Origin: Candidatus Binatia bacterium
Lineage (GTDB): Bacteria; Desulfobacterota; Binatia; UBA9968; JAJDTQ01
DNA length: 64,000 nucleotides
Direction of reading: 5' to 3'
Assembly (NCBI GenBank): GCA_963666515.2
Contig: OY762897.2
Span: 1,440,001-1,504,000, forward strand
Under the pieces are notes generated by a model that ran no database searches, was not told the origin of the DNA, and was given only the letters and a program-made list of their open reading frames with translations. Shown in pieces: positions 17,887-32,217 of this stretch (position 1 is its first letter; the number at the start of each line of letters is the position of its first letter). The position numbers were made by a program, and so were the translations under genes.

Positions 17887-18117
17887 TGCGTCGTCTATGG
17901 AGGTGATGATTAGTTCGATACACATTCCGTCGTCTAGGTCGAGTTTGGCAAGAATGGATCTAAGGATGGCCTTGGCTTCTTTGTCGCTTTTCACGGTCCT
18001 TTGAGACTGGAGTATGGCTTTGGCGTTGTAGTCGATCTCTACAACGGCTTTGTCGATACTGAGATAGATGGCGGTGTCGTCTATGTGAGCATCATAACTG
18101 ACAAGGTAGAGTTCCAT
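17824..18117 (-). CDS. Second small Cas2/VapD-like protein
   Basis: MELYLVSYDA, ILQSQ, LDDG..ELII; resembles 14850..15110 (both contain PTLI near the C-terminus). Confidence 0.55.
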   Translation of the reverse strand: MELYLVSYDAHIDDTAIYLSIDKAVVEIDYNAKAILQSQRTVKSDKEAKAILRSILAKLDLDDGMCIELIITSIDDASVMHPPTLIRDAPYVRDLPR

Positions 18118-18295
18118 GACATGTTCTCCCTTCAGTGCGGGGATGGGCGTTTCCGTAGCACGGGGATGGGATTAGGGTCAAGGACTGGGACTGTGCGGCG
18201 GTTGATGGGTTGGTAGCCGCTGAGGAGAAGCCTGTGGTACAGGCAGGAAGCGATGTGTTTTGATGGCAAAGGATGGACGGGTCACAGCTGGGTCT

Positions 18296-18469
18296 ATGGA
18301 TGGGAAAAGCGATGGTGTGAAGAAAAGCAAGCGGGGTCGTCCGGGGAGCCCGAAGTATCAGGAGTCCATCCGCATTGACGCCAATCCGGAAGCCGTTGCT
18401 AGGGCCATCATGAAGGGGCCACCAAAGCCGGATGGAGAGTGGCGCTATCTCAAGAACAAGGTTTGCTGA
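18296..18469 (+). CDS. Small basic protein at the right end of IS1595
   Basis: KRGRP...IDANPEAVARAIMKGPPK..EWRYL; 57 aa. Confidence 0.5.
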   Translation: MDGKSDGVKKSKRGRPGSPKYQESIRIDANPEAVARAIMKGPPKPDGEWRYLKNKVC

Positions 18470-18503
18470 TAGGCAAGGTTGGGTAAACTAGTATATAATT
18501 CCC

Positions 18504-18850
18504 CAACCCTTCCACTCCCCGCTCAAACGAAACATGAACTCCGGGTGTGCCGGTAACTTGCCATCTGCACCATCGTAGCCCTCTTTAAGCCATGTCTTGA
18601 TGATGGACTTGGCGTTTCCCAGGAAGTCCTCCAGCTCGCCTAGCATCGCCCTGATGTCGCTGCGCAGAACCAACTCCTCGAAGGGAATGTCGAGCACGGT
18701 TGCGATATTCCTGGCCGTCTTGACGAACACCGGGTGACCACTTTCCGCTCGCCTATAGGTGGCTTCCGAGATCTCCTCCAAGAAACCCTTTTCGGCGATG
18801 AGGTCCATTACTCCGTTTATACTCAACCCCCGATGTTCTCTTTCGCGGCG
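18504..18850 (-). pseudogene. Middle fragment of an XRE-HTH gene with an integrase-repeat-like motif
   Basis: RREREHRGLSI...ISEATYRRAESG...IATVLDIPFEEL; LPAHP....EWKGW. Confidence 0.7.
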
Positions 18851-20730
18851 CCGACCGGGGCAGGAGCTACTTCACCCACCGCCTGGTGCGCTCCGAGCGC
18901 AGCGGCGTGCGGGTGCGGCAGCGCACCCTGCTCAATCTCGGCAGTGACTTCGAGGTGGCCCCGGAACATTGGGCGGTGTTGTGCGCGCGCGTCGAACAAT
19001 TGATCGACCCGCAAGCGGTGCTGGTGGAGTTGGGGTGTTCGGAAGAGGTGGAACGGGAGGCCCAACGGATCGCCATGCAACTGGTGAGCCGGGCGCCTCG
19101 GGCGGAAGGCGGCGGAGGGGATGTGCAGGCCGTGGATGTGGACTCGTTGGAGTTGGTGCGCCCGCGCTCGGTGGGGGTGGAGCACGTCGGGCTTTGGGCC
19201 ATGGAGCAGGTGGGGCTGGACGAATGTTTGGAAGGCCTTGGGTTCAACGGTCGGCAAAGGGCGGCAGCCATGGCGTTGATCATCGGACGCATGGCACAGC
19301 CCGGATCGGAACGGGCCACTTGGCGGTGGTTGTGCGACCGCAGCGCTCTCGGCGAGTTGCTCGGCGTGGACTTCGAGAGCCTGAGCCTGATGCGGCTCTA
19401 CCGTGCCTCGGATGCGCTGATGGCCCATCGCAAGGCCGTCGAGAGCCACTTGTTCGAGCGGGTGACGGAGTTGTTTGGCCTGGGGCACACGGTGACGCTG
19501 TACGATCTCACCAACACCTTCTTCGAGGGCGAAGCTCAAGGCCAGCCCAAGGCCAGACGGGGGCACTCGAAAGAGAAGCGCAGCGACTGTCCGCTGCTCA
19601 CCCTGGGGCTGGTGCTCGACGGTTCCGGCTTCGTGCGCCGCTCCGAAGTGTTTGCCGGCAACGTCGATGAAGACAAGACCCTGGCGTCCATGCTTGAAGC
19701 CCTCAAGGCCCCCCGCCAGGCGCTGGTGGTGATGGATGCGGGCATTGCCACCGAGAACAACATCGCCTGGTTGCGCAGCCACGGCTACCGCTATCTGGTG
19801 GTCAGCCGCCAACGCACCCGGCTGTTCGATCCCGAACTGGCTACCGCCATCGAGACCCGTTCCCAACAAAAGGTTCACCTGCACCGGGTGGTCGATGAGG
19901 ACCACGACGAGGTGCGGCTTTACTGCTACTCCGAAGCTCGCGCCAAGAAAGAAGAAGGCATTTCCGAACGCTTTGCCGCACGCTTCGAGGGCGCCTTGCA
20001 AAAACTCCACGAGGGGCTCTCCCGCCCCCGCACCCGCAAGGCCCTCGACCATGTCTGGCAACGCATCGGGCGCATCCAGGAGCAAAGCCGGGGGGTCGCT
20101 CAGCATTACCAGGTCGAGGTCGTGGCCGACATCCAAGGCGACAAGGCCGTGGCCGTCACCTGGAAACGCCAGCCCCGCCCGGGCACCATGCTCACTCATC
20201 CCGGCGTCTATTGTCTGCGCACCAACCTCGACGACTGGGACCCGCAAGCCCTCTGGCGCACTTACACCATGCTCACCGACCTCGAAGCCGTATTCCGCTC
20301 CCTCAAGTCCGAACTCGGCCTGAGGCCCATCTTCCACCAAAAGCAGCACCGCTCCGACGGCCATTTGTTCATCACCGTCATCGCCTACCAACTCGTGCAG
20401 ATTGTCCGCCGCCGACTCGCCGCCTTGGGCGAGACCGCCAGTTGGACCACCTTGCGCCGCATACTCCAGGGCCAACACCGGGTCACCGCCACTTTCCGAC
20501 GCAAGGACGGCCGCACCCTGCATGTCCGCAAGGTCACCCAGGCCGAACCCCAGCAGCTTGAAATCTACAACGCTCTCCGCCTCGATTCCGCGCCTGGCGG
20601 TATCAAAAAGTTGATCGTCTGAACTCTCGGAATTCCCGTTGAATCACCAGAATGTAGTGCCAGAAGACCAAAATCGCCCCGCTAACACCCCGATTTATAA
20701 CGACTTTCAAATACCCTTGTTAAACCTGGG
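18850..20730 (+). mobile_element. IS1634-family element, left end missing
   Basis: Transposase starts abruptly at SYFTHRLVRSER; probable right end ...TTAAACCTGGG; no left IR seen. Confidence 0.7.
18886..20622 (+). CDS. IS1634-family transposase (N-terminus probably truncated)
   Basis: LYDLTNTFFEG, GHSKEKRSD, VMDAG, EAVFRSLKSELGLRPIFH. Confidence 0.9.
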   Translation: MRSERSGVRVRQRTLLNLGSDFEVAPEHWAVLCARVEQLIDPQAVLVELGCSEEVEREAQRIAMQLVSRAPRAEGGGGDVQAVDVDSLELVRPRSVGVEHVGLWAMEQVGLDECLEGLGFNGRQRAAAMALIIGRMAQPGSERATWRWLCDRSALGELLGVDFESLSLMRLYRASDALMAHRKAVESHLFERVTELFGLGHTVTLYDLTNTFFEGEAQGQPKARRGHSKEKRSDCPLLTLGLVLDGSGFVRRSEVFAGNVDEDKTLASMLEALKAPRQALVVMDAGIATENNIAWLRSHGYRYLVVSRQRTRLFDPELATAIETRSQQKVHLHRVVDEDHDEVRLYCYSEARAKKEEGISERFAARFEGALQKLHEGLSRPRTRKALDHVWQRIGRIQEQSRGVAQHYQVEVVADIQGDKAVAVTWKRQPRPGTMLTHPGVYCLRTNLDDWDPQALWRTYTMLTDLEAVFRSLKSELGLRPIFHQKQHRSDGHLFITVIAYQLVQIVRRRLAALGETASWTTLRRILQGQHRVTATFRRKDGRTLHVRKVTQAEPQQLEIYNALRLDSAPGGIKKLIV

Positions 20731-20985
20731 TTAGGCTTAGATTTTTCGAGACGGGTCTCCGTGGTTGATCTCCTGACCCGATTATACTTACGCGCGCGGA
20801 ATCAAGTCCAATCATCTCAGTGTTGAAATGAAAGTTCTTTCATCTCGTGTTGAATCGCAGGGGAAAACGAGCGGTACTACCAGGCAACACCTCCGGTTGG
20901 GCAGCCAACGAGGTGGAAGAATGGCGCGGAAAACCGCCGCACGTCAACGACAACGGCTCCGCGACGGGCTTCAAGTACACACGGT

Positions 20986-21654
20986 TCAACGAGCCGCGTA
21001 TTCGGCGAAGAGGGAGTCGAAAGAGGAGAAATCCGACAGCAATCGTAGTGTAGCGAAGGCAGGGAAATCGAGGGATGACCCACCCTGTTTTCGCCAGAAA
21101 AGCAGCGCTCTTTCAGGCCGGCGCCAGACGAATCCGTCCGCACGGATATTCTCCGAAACCCTTACGAGGAAGAACGCTTTGATCGTCCCGGGACGCGTGC
21201 CGGTCCACGTCGAGAAGAACAGCAAGCGGGTAAGGTCGACGTAAAGATCTTGCGCCTTGAGGTATGCCGCAAGTTCCCGAGCGCGCCGACCGGACGGCGG
21301 GTCGCCACGCAAAGGCAGGGTCCGCCGCACAGCTTCGCGAGACGTACCTCGGACAACGAAGAGAACCCCGGAGACATCGAGCAAGACCCTCATCCCCGCC
21401 ACCCAGTGACCCATAGCGCGCGCGGGTCTCATCCCATGGCCCAGAAATCCGCGGGCTTGCGTTCCCGTGAGTCCGTGACAGCGCTCCAACACACGTGGGG
21501 CGTAGTCGTCGGCTTCCACGTCGCCCTCTGGAAGCCACCCCAAGTGTCCTTCGGCGCCGGCCAACGCCACCTCGGATCGCAACAGCACCTGGAGCCCATA
21601 ACGCCGGCTGTCCCGCACGCACACCAGCGCCACCCGGTCAGCGCCGTCATCCAT
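20986..21654 (-). CDS. Hypothetical protein, possibly a degenerate Nudix fold
   Basis: Spacing resembles Nudix19-like proteins (QVLLR..LPEGDVEADD...SGVL) but the Nudix box is eroded. Confidence 0.45.
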   Translation of the reverse strand: MDDGADRVALVCVRDSRRYGLQVLLRSEVALAGAEGHLGWLPEGDVEADDYAPRVLERCHGLTGTQARGFLGHGMRPARAMGHWVAGMRVLLDVSGVLFVVRGTSREAVRRTLPLRGDPPSGRRARELAAYLKAQDLYVDLTRLLFFSTWTGTRPGTIKAFFLVRVSENIRADGFVWRRPERALLFWRKQGGSSLDFPAFATLRLLSDFSSFDSLFAEYAAR

Positions 21655-21703
21655 CAGACACCCGCTCTCCCATCACCTCCGCAACCGGGACACCTGCGCG
21701 CGG

Positions 21704-23080
21704 TCAGCCCTTCCACACGGGCAGCCACAAGGGTTCCGCCAGCACGTAGTCCTTTTGCGCGATACGATCCAGGGCTTGGCGCAACTGTCCCACGCTGGTC
21801 TCTTCCAGGGTGATCACGAACGGGAGGACCTCGCCGGGTGCGGCCCCGCCCGTCCCTGCCCCGACCAGGGATTCCAGTTCCTCCTCGCCGTGGTCGAGTT
21901 GCCAGATCTCCGAGACGTTGATCTGCTTGTCGCCGAAAATCTCACAAAGCTCGCCGACGATGCCGCTCTGGTCCCGCACCACGAAGCGCACGTAGAAGGA
22001 GGCCCTCAGATCGTCTTCCGGCCGCACCGAGTCTACCCCGGACCGGATACTTTCCACCGGCAGGAAGGGCGAATCGCCGGAACGTGTCACCAACTCATGG
22101 ACGTCGCCCAGGACGGCCACCGCGGTGGCCCCGCCCCCGGCCCCCGGACCCGCGAACACGTAGTCCCAGTCGCCGGCGTCGGGCGCGCCCCCGTCGCTCA
22201 CCTCACCCTTGAAGAACACCGCGTTGGTGACGCCGTCGATGCCCGCGATGGGATGGCTTTCGGGCACCACCATCGGCGTCACCATGGCCTCCAGCGCGCC
22301 CTCGACGTTGCGCGCGAGGGCCACCGACTTGATGGTGCTGCAGCCCTTCCGGGCGGCGTAGAGGAAATCGATGGCGTGGACGCGCTCGATGCCCTTGCGG
22401 TGGATGGCGCCCGGCGCAAGACGTGCACCGAAGGTGATGGACGCCAGCAGCAGCAGCTTGGCCTCGGCGTCGCGGCCGCTCACGTCGGCGTCCGGGTCGG
22501 CCTCGGCGTAGCCCAGGGCCTGGGCCGACGCCAGGGCGTCGTCATAGGACCGGCCCCGTTGAGCCATTTCCGTCAGGATGTAGTTGCAGGTGCCGTTGAC
22601 GAGGCCATACACGGCTGCGGGCCGTTCGGCGCTGAGGCTCTGGGTCAGCGGTCCGATGATGGGGATGCCGCCGCCGACGCACGCCTCGAAGCGCACCGCC
22701 CGGCCGCATTCCCGGGCGGTGGTCCAGATCTCGTCTCCGTGGGCTACCAGCAGCGCCTTGTTGGCGGTGGCCACGGACTTTCCGTGACGGAGCGCGTCCA
22801 CCACCCATTCCTTCTGAATCCGCAGGTCCCCGGCGCCGCCGGCGCCCAAAACCTCCACCACGATGTCCACGTCGGGGTGGCGGGTGACCTCCGTCGCCTC
22901 CCTGGTGAACAGTTCCGGCGAAGCCGCGTACTTGGCTTTGCTCCCGGGCGTGCGCGTAAACACCTTGACCACCTCGGCCTCCACGCCGAAGCGCGCCAAG
23001 TGGCCGGCAGAGACCAAGTCGTGGACCGCGCCGCCCACGGTGCCGGCGCCGAGGATGCCGATGTGGACCCGGGATGCCAT
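21704..23080 (-). CDS. hom: Homoserine dehydrogenase with ACT domain
   Basis: GAGTVG, TANKAL, FEACVGGGIP, NGTCNYIL, GYAEADP. Confidence 0.95.
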   Translation of the reverse strand: MASRVHIGILGAGTVGGAVHDLVSAGHLARFGVEAEVVKVFTRTPGSKAKYAASPELFTREATEVTRHPDVDIVVEVLGAGGAGDLRIQKEWVVDALRHGKSVATANKALLVAHGDEIWTTARECGRAVRFEACVGGGIPIIGPLTQSLSAERPAAVYGLVNGTCNYILTEMAQRGRSYDDALASAQALGYAEADPDADVSGRDAEAKLLLLASITFGARLAPGAIHRKGIERVHAIDFLYAARKGCSTIKSVALARNVEGALEAMVTPMVVPESHPIAGIDGVTNAVFFKGEVSDGGAPDAGDWDYVFAGPGAGGGATAVAVLGDVHELVTRSGDSPFLPVESIRSGVDSVRPEDDLRASFYVRFVVRDQSGIVGELCEIFGDKQINVSEIWQLDHGEEELESLVGAGTGGAAPGEVLPFVITLEETSVGQLRQALDRIAQKDYVLAEPLWLPVWKG

Positions 23081-23108
23081 GCTCCAACCCTGTCTTGCCG
23101 ATTCGACG

Positions 23109-24287
23109 CTATTCCGGGAGCACGCCCACGGCCTTGCGGATGGTGCGCACGGCCTGCCGGGTGCGGTGCTCGTTCTCGATCAGGGCGAAGCGCACGTGCT
23201 GGTCGCCGTACTGTCCGAAGCCGATGCCGGGCGACACCGCCACCTTGGCCTCGTTGAGCAGGAACTTCGAGAACTCCACCGACCCCATGGACCGGTACGG
23301 AGCCGGGATCTCGGCCCACACGAACATGGTGGCCCTGGGCTTGCGGATCATCCAGTTGACCCGCGCCAACCCGTCAACCAGCGCGTCCCGCCGGCTCCGG
23401 TAGGTCTCGGAGATCTCCCGCACGTCGTCGTCCTGGGAGTTGAGTGCGTGGATGGAGGCGATCTGAACCGGCTGGAAGATGCCGTAGTCCAGGTAGCTCT
23501 TGATCCGCGCCAGGGCGTGGATCATGGTAGCGTTGCCGACGGCGAAACCGACCCGCCAGCCGGGCATGTTGTAGCTCTTGGACATGGTGAAGAACTCGAC
23601 GCCCACGTCCTTCGCGCCCGGCGCCTGGAGGAAGCTCGGGGGCTCGTAGCCGTCGAAGGTCAGGTCGGCGTAGGCCAGGTCGTGGATCACCAGGATCTCG
23701 TTGTCCTTGGCGAACTTCACGATCCGCTCGAAGAAGTCGAGTTCCACCACCTCGGTGGTGGGGTTGTGGGGGAAGTTCAGGATCAGCAGCTTGGGGCGGG
23801 GCCAGGTCTGCTTGATGGCCTCCTCCAGGTGTTCCATGAACCCCTCGCTGGAAACCAGCGGGATGCTCCGCAGGTCGCCGCCGGCGATCACCACCGAATA
23901 CTGGTGGATGGGATAGGTGGGGCTCGGACACAGCACCACGTCCCCCGGATCGATCATCGCCAGCACCAGGTGGGCCAGCCCTTCCTTGGAGCCGATGGTG
24001 ACGATGGCCTCGTCGTCCGCGTCGATGGACACCCCATAACGCCGCTGATACCAGTCGGCGATGGCCACCCTGAGCTTGTAGATGCCCCGCGACACCGAGT
24101 AGCGGTGGTTCTGGGGCTTCTGCACCGCCTCCACGAGCTTGTCGACGATGGGCGCCGGCGTCGCCATGTCCGGATTGCCCATGCTGAAGTCGACGATGTC
24201 CTCTCCCCTCCTCCTGGCCTCCTGCTTGAGGTCGTTGATGGTGTTGAAGACGTACGGCGGCAGCCTCTTGATCCGGTTGAACTCCAC
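23109..24287 (-). CDS. alaC: Class I/II aminotransferase, AlaC-like
   Basis: [34 protein letters not shown]; upstream of hom. Confidence 0.85.
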   Translation of the reverse strand: MEFNRIKRLPPYVFNTINDLKQEARRRGEDIVDFSMGNPDMATPAPIVDKLVEAVQKPQNHRYSVSRGIYKLRVAIADWYQRRYGVSIDADDEAIVTIGSKEGLAHLVLAMIDPGDVVLCPSPTYPIHQYSVVIAGGDLRSIPLVSSEGFMEHLEEAIKQTWPRPKLLILNFPHNPTTEVVELDFFERIVKFAKDNEILVIHDLAYADLTFDGYEPPSFLQAPGAKDVGVEFFTMSKSYNMPGWRVGFAVGNATMIHALARIKSYLDYGIFQPVQIASIHALNSQDDDVREISETYRSRRDALVDGLARVNWMIRKPRATMFVWAEIPAPYRSMGSVEFSKFLLNEAKVAVSPGIGFGQYGDQHVRFALIENEHRTRQAVRTIRKAVGVLPE

Positions 24288-24342
24288 GGTGAAGGTTTAT
24301 AAGTCATTGACTGCACAGGCGCAAATCATCGACGGGAGCCGG

Positions 24343-26601
24343 TCAATCCGCCCAGGCTCCCAACTGCATGCCGTCTCCCCAGCGGTGCTGCAGGACCGCC
24401 CCGATGCGCCGGGAGGCTTCGCTGCGGAGGCTCGGGTTCCGCGTGAGCCAGTCGCGGGCCTCCTGGCGCGCCGCATTCAGCACCTCGTGATCGTGCACCA
24501 GGTGCGCCACCCGAAATCCCTGGTAACCGGCTTGGCGCGTGCCCAGAATCTCTCCGGCGCCGCGGAACCTCAGGTCGGCCTCGGCCACCTCGAACCCGTC
24601 CGCGGTTCGTTCCAGGACCTCCAGGCGCCGGCGGGAATCGTCGTCCCGGGAGCCGTAGTGGACCAGGACACAGTAGGACTCGTCCCGGCCCCGCCCTACC
24701 CTGCCCCGGAGTTGGTGCAACTGCGCGAGGCCAAACCGCTCCGCGTGCTCCACCACCATCAGGGTGGCGCCGGGCACGTCGATGCCCACCTCGATGACGG
24801 TGGTGGCCACCAGCACTTGGATCTCCCCCTGCCGGAAGCGCCGCATCACCCGGTCCCGTTCCGTAGCGGGCATCTGGCCGTGGACCATGCCCAGGCGCAG
24901 CCCCTTCATGACGGTCCGGGAGAGTTCCCGCGCCATGCTCTCGGCGGCCGCCATCGGCATTTTCTCCGAGTCCTCCACCAGCGGGTAGACCAAGTACGCT
25001 TGGCGTCCATCCGCCACCGCGGCCCGGACCCGCTCGTAGACCTTCTGCCGCTGGGCAGCTTGAACCACCACCGTGCGCACTGGCGTCCGGCCCGGCGGCG
25101 CCTCGTCCAGCAGCGATACCTCCAGGTCGCCGGACAGGACCATTGCGAGGCTGCGGGGAATGGGCGTGGCGCTCATCAGGAGCAGGTCCGGCTCGGGCGC
25201 AGCCCGGTCCGCCACCAGCCGCAGGGAGAGCCGCGCGAAGGCGGTGCGCTGGCTCACTCCGAAACGGTGCTGCTCATCGATGATCCCCAGCCCCATGCGC
25301 GGCACAGACACGCCTTCCTGAATGAGCGCGTGCGTGCCGACCACGAAATCCACCTCGCCGTTGCCGATGCGCCCGGTGATCTCCTTCCGGGCGGCGGCCG
25401 GAAGAGAGCCGGAGAGCAGCGCCGCGCGCACACCCAACCGCTCGGCGTAGGGTTGGAGCCTTTCGTAGTGTTGCTCAGCCAGCAGTTCGGTGGGAGCCAG
25501 CAGCAGCGCCTGACGGCCATTCTCCATGGCCCGCAGGGCGCTGAGCCACGCGATGACGGTCTTCCCGGACCCCACGTCACCTTGCAGCAGACGGCGCATG
25601 GGGTTGGGCGATTCCATGTCCTGGTAGATCTCCTGCAGCACCCGTTCCTGACCGCGAGTAAGACGGTAAGGAAGCAACTCACGCATCAAGCGGGCAAGCC
25701 GATCCGACCGCGCCGGCGAGCGGATGCCCGGAGTATTCAAGTGCTGCTGTCGCCGCAGCGCCAGAGCCAGTTGGAAGTAGAAGAACTCGTCGAACGCCAG
25801 GGAGCGGCGAGCCGCGGCGCGGGTTCCCTCGACCGCGCCGCGGCCCCGTGCACTGTCTGCCCGAGGGTTCTCGTCCGCCGGCACGGGCGGGATGTCCTCG
25901 CTTCCGGGGGACGGGCGGTGGAGGAAATCCAGCGCCTGTTTCAAGTCCATGAGTCCCTGCCGCTCCGCCGTCTCCGGCGGCAGGAAACTGGGCAGGAACT
26001 TGCCGAACCGCTCCAGGGCCTGAGCGATCCAGCCGCGCAGGTTCGTTTGGGAGACGGCGCCGGGCTTTTCATAGACCGGGCGCACCTCGGGTTGCCGCTC
26101 CCTTCCCCCATCGAGCACGTCGAATTCCGGGTGGGACACGCTGAGCCGGGCGCCTCGCCCAGGCGCCACTCTCCCGTAGACGGAAAGGCGCTGACCCACG
26201 CGCAACACGTCCGCGACGTAACGGACGGGGTTGAACCAGACCAGTTCCAGAGTCCCGGTGTCGTCGGTCAACGTGCCCGTGAGGATACCGCGGCCCCGAC
26301 GAATCCGTCCGGCCCGCAGGCTGGTTAGGCGGCCGACAAAGATGCCGCTTTCGCCAGCCGCGGCTTTGGCGATGGCGGTGGCATCCCGGCGGTCCTCGTA
26401 GCGGAAAGGCAGGTGGTAAAGCAGATCCTCGACGGTTGCGAGGCCACGCCCGGCGAGTTGTGCGGCCCGGACTGGGCCTATGCCCTTCAGGGAATCGAGG
26501 CCGAGCCCTAGCCATTCAAAGCACTTGACGGGTTCAGTCGTCGTGACGTGATAAGGGTAAGACACGGAATCCGTGGCGAGGCGGAGAGGCGCTATGGCCA
26601 A
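24343..26601 (-). CDS. recG: ATP-dependent DNA helicase RecG (start uncertain)
   Basis: LLQGDVGSGKT, DEQHRFGV, SATPIPRS, QLRGRVGRG. Confidence 0.95.
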   Translation of the reverse strand: MAIAPLRLATDSVSYPYHVTTTEPVKCFEWLGLGLDSLKGIGPVRAAQLAGRGLATVEDLLYHLPFRYEDRRDATAIAKAAAGESGIFVGRLTSLRAGRIRRGRGILTGTLTDDTGTLELVWFNPVRYVADVLRVGQRLSVYGRVAPGRGARLSVSHPEFDVLDGGRERQPEVRPVYEKPGAVSQTNLRGWIAQALERFGKFLPSFLPPETAERQGLMDLKQALDFLHRPSPGSEDIPPVPADENPRADSARGRGAVEGTRAAARRSLAFDEFFYFQLALALRRQQHLNTPGIRSPARSDRLARLMRELLPYRLTRGQERVLQEIYQDMESPNPMRRLLQGDVGSGKTVIAWLSALRAMENGRQALLLAPTELLAEQHYERLQPYAERLGVRAALLSGSLPAAARKEITGRIGNGEVDFVVGTHALIQEGVSVPRMGLGIIDEQHRFGVSQRTAFARLSLRLVADRAAPEPDLLLMSATPIPRSLAMVLSGDLEVSLLDEAPPGRTPVRTVVVQAAQRQKVYERVRAAVADGRQAYLVYPLVEDSEKMPMAAAESMARELSRTVMKGLRLGMVHGQMPATERDRVMRRFRQGEIQVLVATTVIEVGIDVPGATLMVVEHAERFGLAQLHQLRGRVGRGRDESYCVLVHYGSRDDDSRRRLEVLERTADGFEVAEADLRFRGAGEILGTRQAGYQGFRVAHLVHDHEVLNAARQEARDWLTRNPSLRSEASRRIGAVLQHRWGDGMQLGAWAD

Positions 26602-26624
26602 TTCTCCTCTTCAGTCGTGATTCG

Positions 26625-26972
26625 TCAGTTCGGAGCGTTCCGTTCAGTACGTTCGATCAAGGCATGGAGCGCCGCCATGGCTTCAGCGTGCTGTCGTTCA
26701 CCGGCTTTCATGTTCTCGACGTGTCCGGCCATGAATTCAGCATGCTGCCGCTTGCCTGCCTCCATGTTCTCGGCGTGCTTGGCCATGGCTTCGGCATGCC
26801 TGTCGGCATGTCGCTGCTCGCGATTGCCGCTGTCCCTGACCATGGTACGGACAGCCCAAGCGATCACCCCGATTTCCCCGAGCCCTACCACCAAAGCGAC
26901 GCTGGCCTGCACCACGCCGACCCAAATGAGGGCGTTCTGTGCTGAGAGCGTGGCTGCTTCGAACTCCGTCAT
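26625..26972 (-). CDS. Small membrane-anchored protein with 18-aa His/Met repeats
   Basis: One TM segment followed by repeated HAEAMA.HAENMEAG.RQ. Confidence 0.6.
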   Translation of the reverse strand: MTEFEAATLSAQNALIWVGVVQASVALVVGLGEIGVIAWAVRTMVRDSGNREQRHADRHAEAMAKHAENMEAGKRQHAEFMAGHVENMKAGERQHAEAMAALHALIERTERNAPN

Positions 26973-27054
26973 GATGTGTTCGTTCCGGCGGCCCGGCCGT
27001 CCGACGCACGTTCGTTGCCTACACTATAGGTAATCGGCGAATGCAGCGAGAACT

Positions 27055-30315
<3,261 letters not shown>

Positions 30316-30316
30316 C

Positions 30317-31435
<1,119 letters not shown>

Positions 31436-31466
31436 AAGATCAACCGGCGCACTCGATGTCCCGATG

Positions 31467-32189
31467 TCAGTAGATGAGGCCGCCGATGCGCCACCAGCGC
31501 AGCCGGCTGTTCTCCGAGTCCCAGGACCAGTACTTGACGAAGGCCCGGCCGCGGACGTCCTTGATGGGCACGAAGCCCCAGAAGCGGCTGTCGAAGCTGC
31601 GGTCCCGGTTGTCGCCCATGACGAACACGTGCCCCTCGGGCACCGTTATCGGGCCGAGGTTGTCGCGGAGGTGTCCGGCGCCAAGGGTCATTCCCTGCTC
31701 CTCGAAATGGGCGTGGGCATCCTCTACCGCCTCGCCGTTGATGTAGAGCTTCTTGTCCCGGATGACCACCTCGTCGCCGGGCACCCCCACCACCCGCTTG
31801 ATGAAGTCCTTGCAGCGGTCCTGCGGATAGACGAACACGATCACGTCGCCCCGCTCCGGCATGTCCCATTCCATCACGTGGGAGCCCCGGGCCACGTCGA
31901 TGCAGCCGGCGAAGGGCACCCAGTTGACGTCCGGGAGCCGCACGCCGTAGGAGAGCTTGTTGACCAGGATGTGGTCACCGATGGCCAGGGTGGGGATCAT
32001 GGAGCCGGACGGGATCTTGAAGGCCTGCACCACGAACGCGCGCAGGAACAGCGCCGCCACCAGGGCGATGAGGATGGCTTCCGTGTACTCCCGGAAGACG
32101 GATTTTCTTGGCTTCCCGAATCTGGCCACGTACGGGGGTTCCTTGACGCTGTGATCTGTCGCGCGGGCGGGCTCGAAACCGCCCCTCAA
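31467..32189 (-). CDS. lepB: Signal peptidase I
   Basis: [29 protein letters not shown]. Confidence 0.95.
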   Translation of the reverse strand: MRGGFEPARATDHSVKEPPYVARFGKPRKSVFREYTEAILIALVAALFLRAFVVQAFKIPSGSMIPTLAIGDHILVNKLSYGVRLPDVNWVPFAGCIDVARGSHVMEWDMPERGDVIVFVYPQDRCKDFIKRVVGVPGDEVVIRDKKLYINGEAVEDAHAHFEEQGMTLGAGHLRDNLGPITVPEGHVFVMGDNRDRSFDSRFWGFVPIKDVRGRAFVKYWSWDSENSRLRWWRIGGLIY

Positions 32190-32217
32190 TCTAGCACCTC
32201 GACCGGCAACTTTGAAA

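Larger units (their letters stand above)
14690..18503 (+). mobile_element. IS1595-family element with passenger genes (3,814 bp)
   Basis: Perfect 25-bp IR GGGAATTATATACTAGTTTACCCAA; 8-bp TSD CAACCCTT at 14682-14689 and 18504-18511. Confidence 0.95.

Noticed and set aside
14850-18117. Cas2-like ORFs as part of a CRISPR-Cas locus
   Set aside because: No cas1, other cas genes or repeat-spacer array seen in the window
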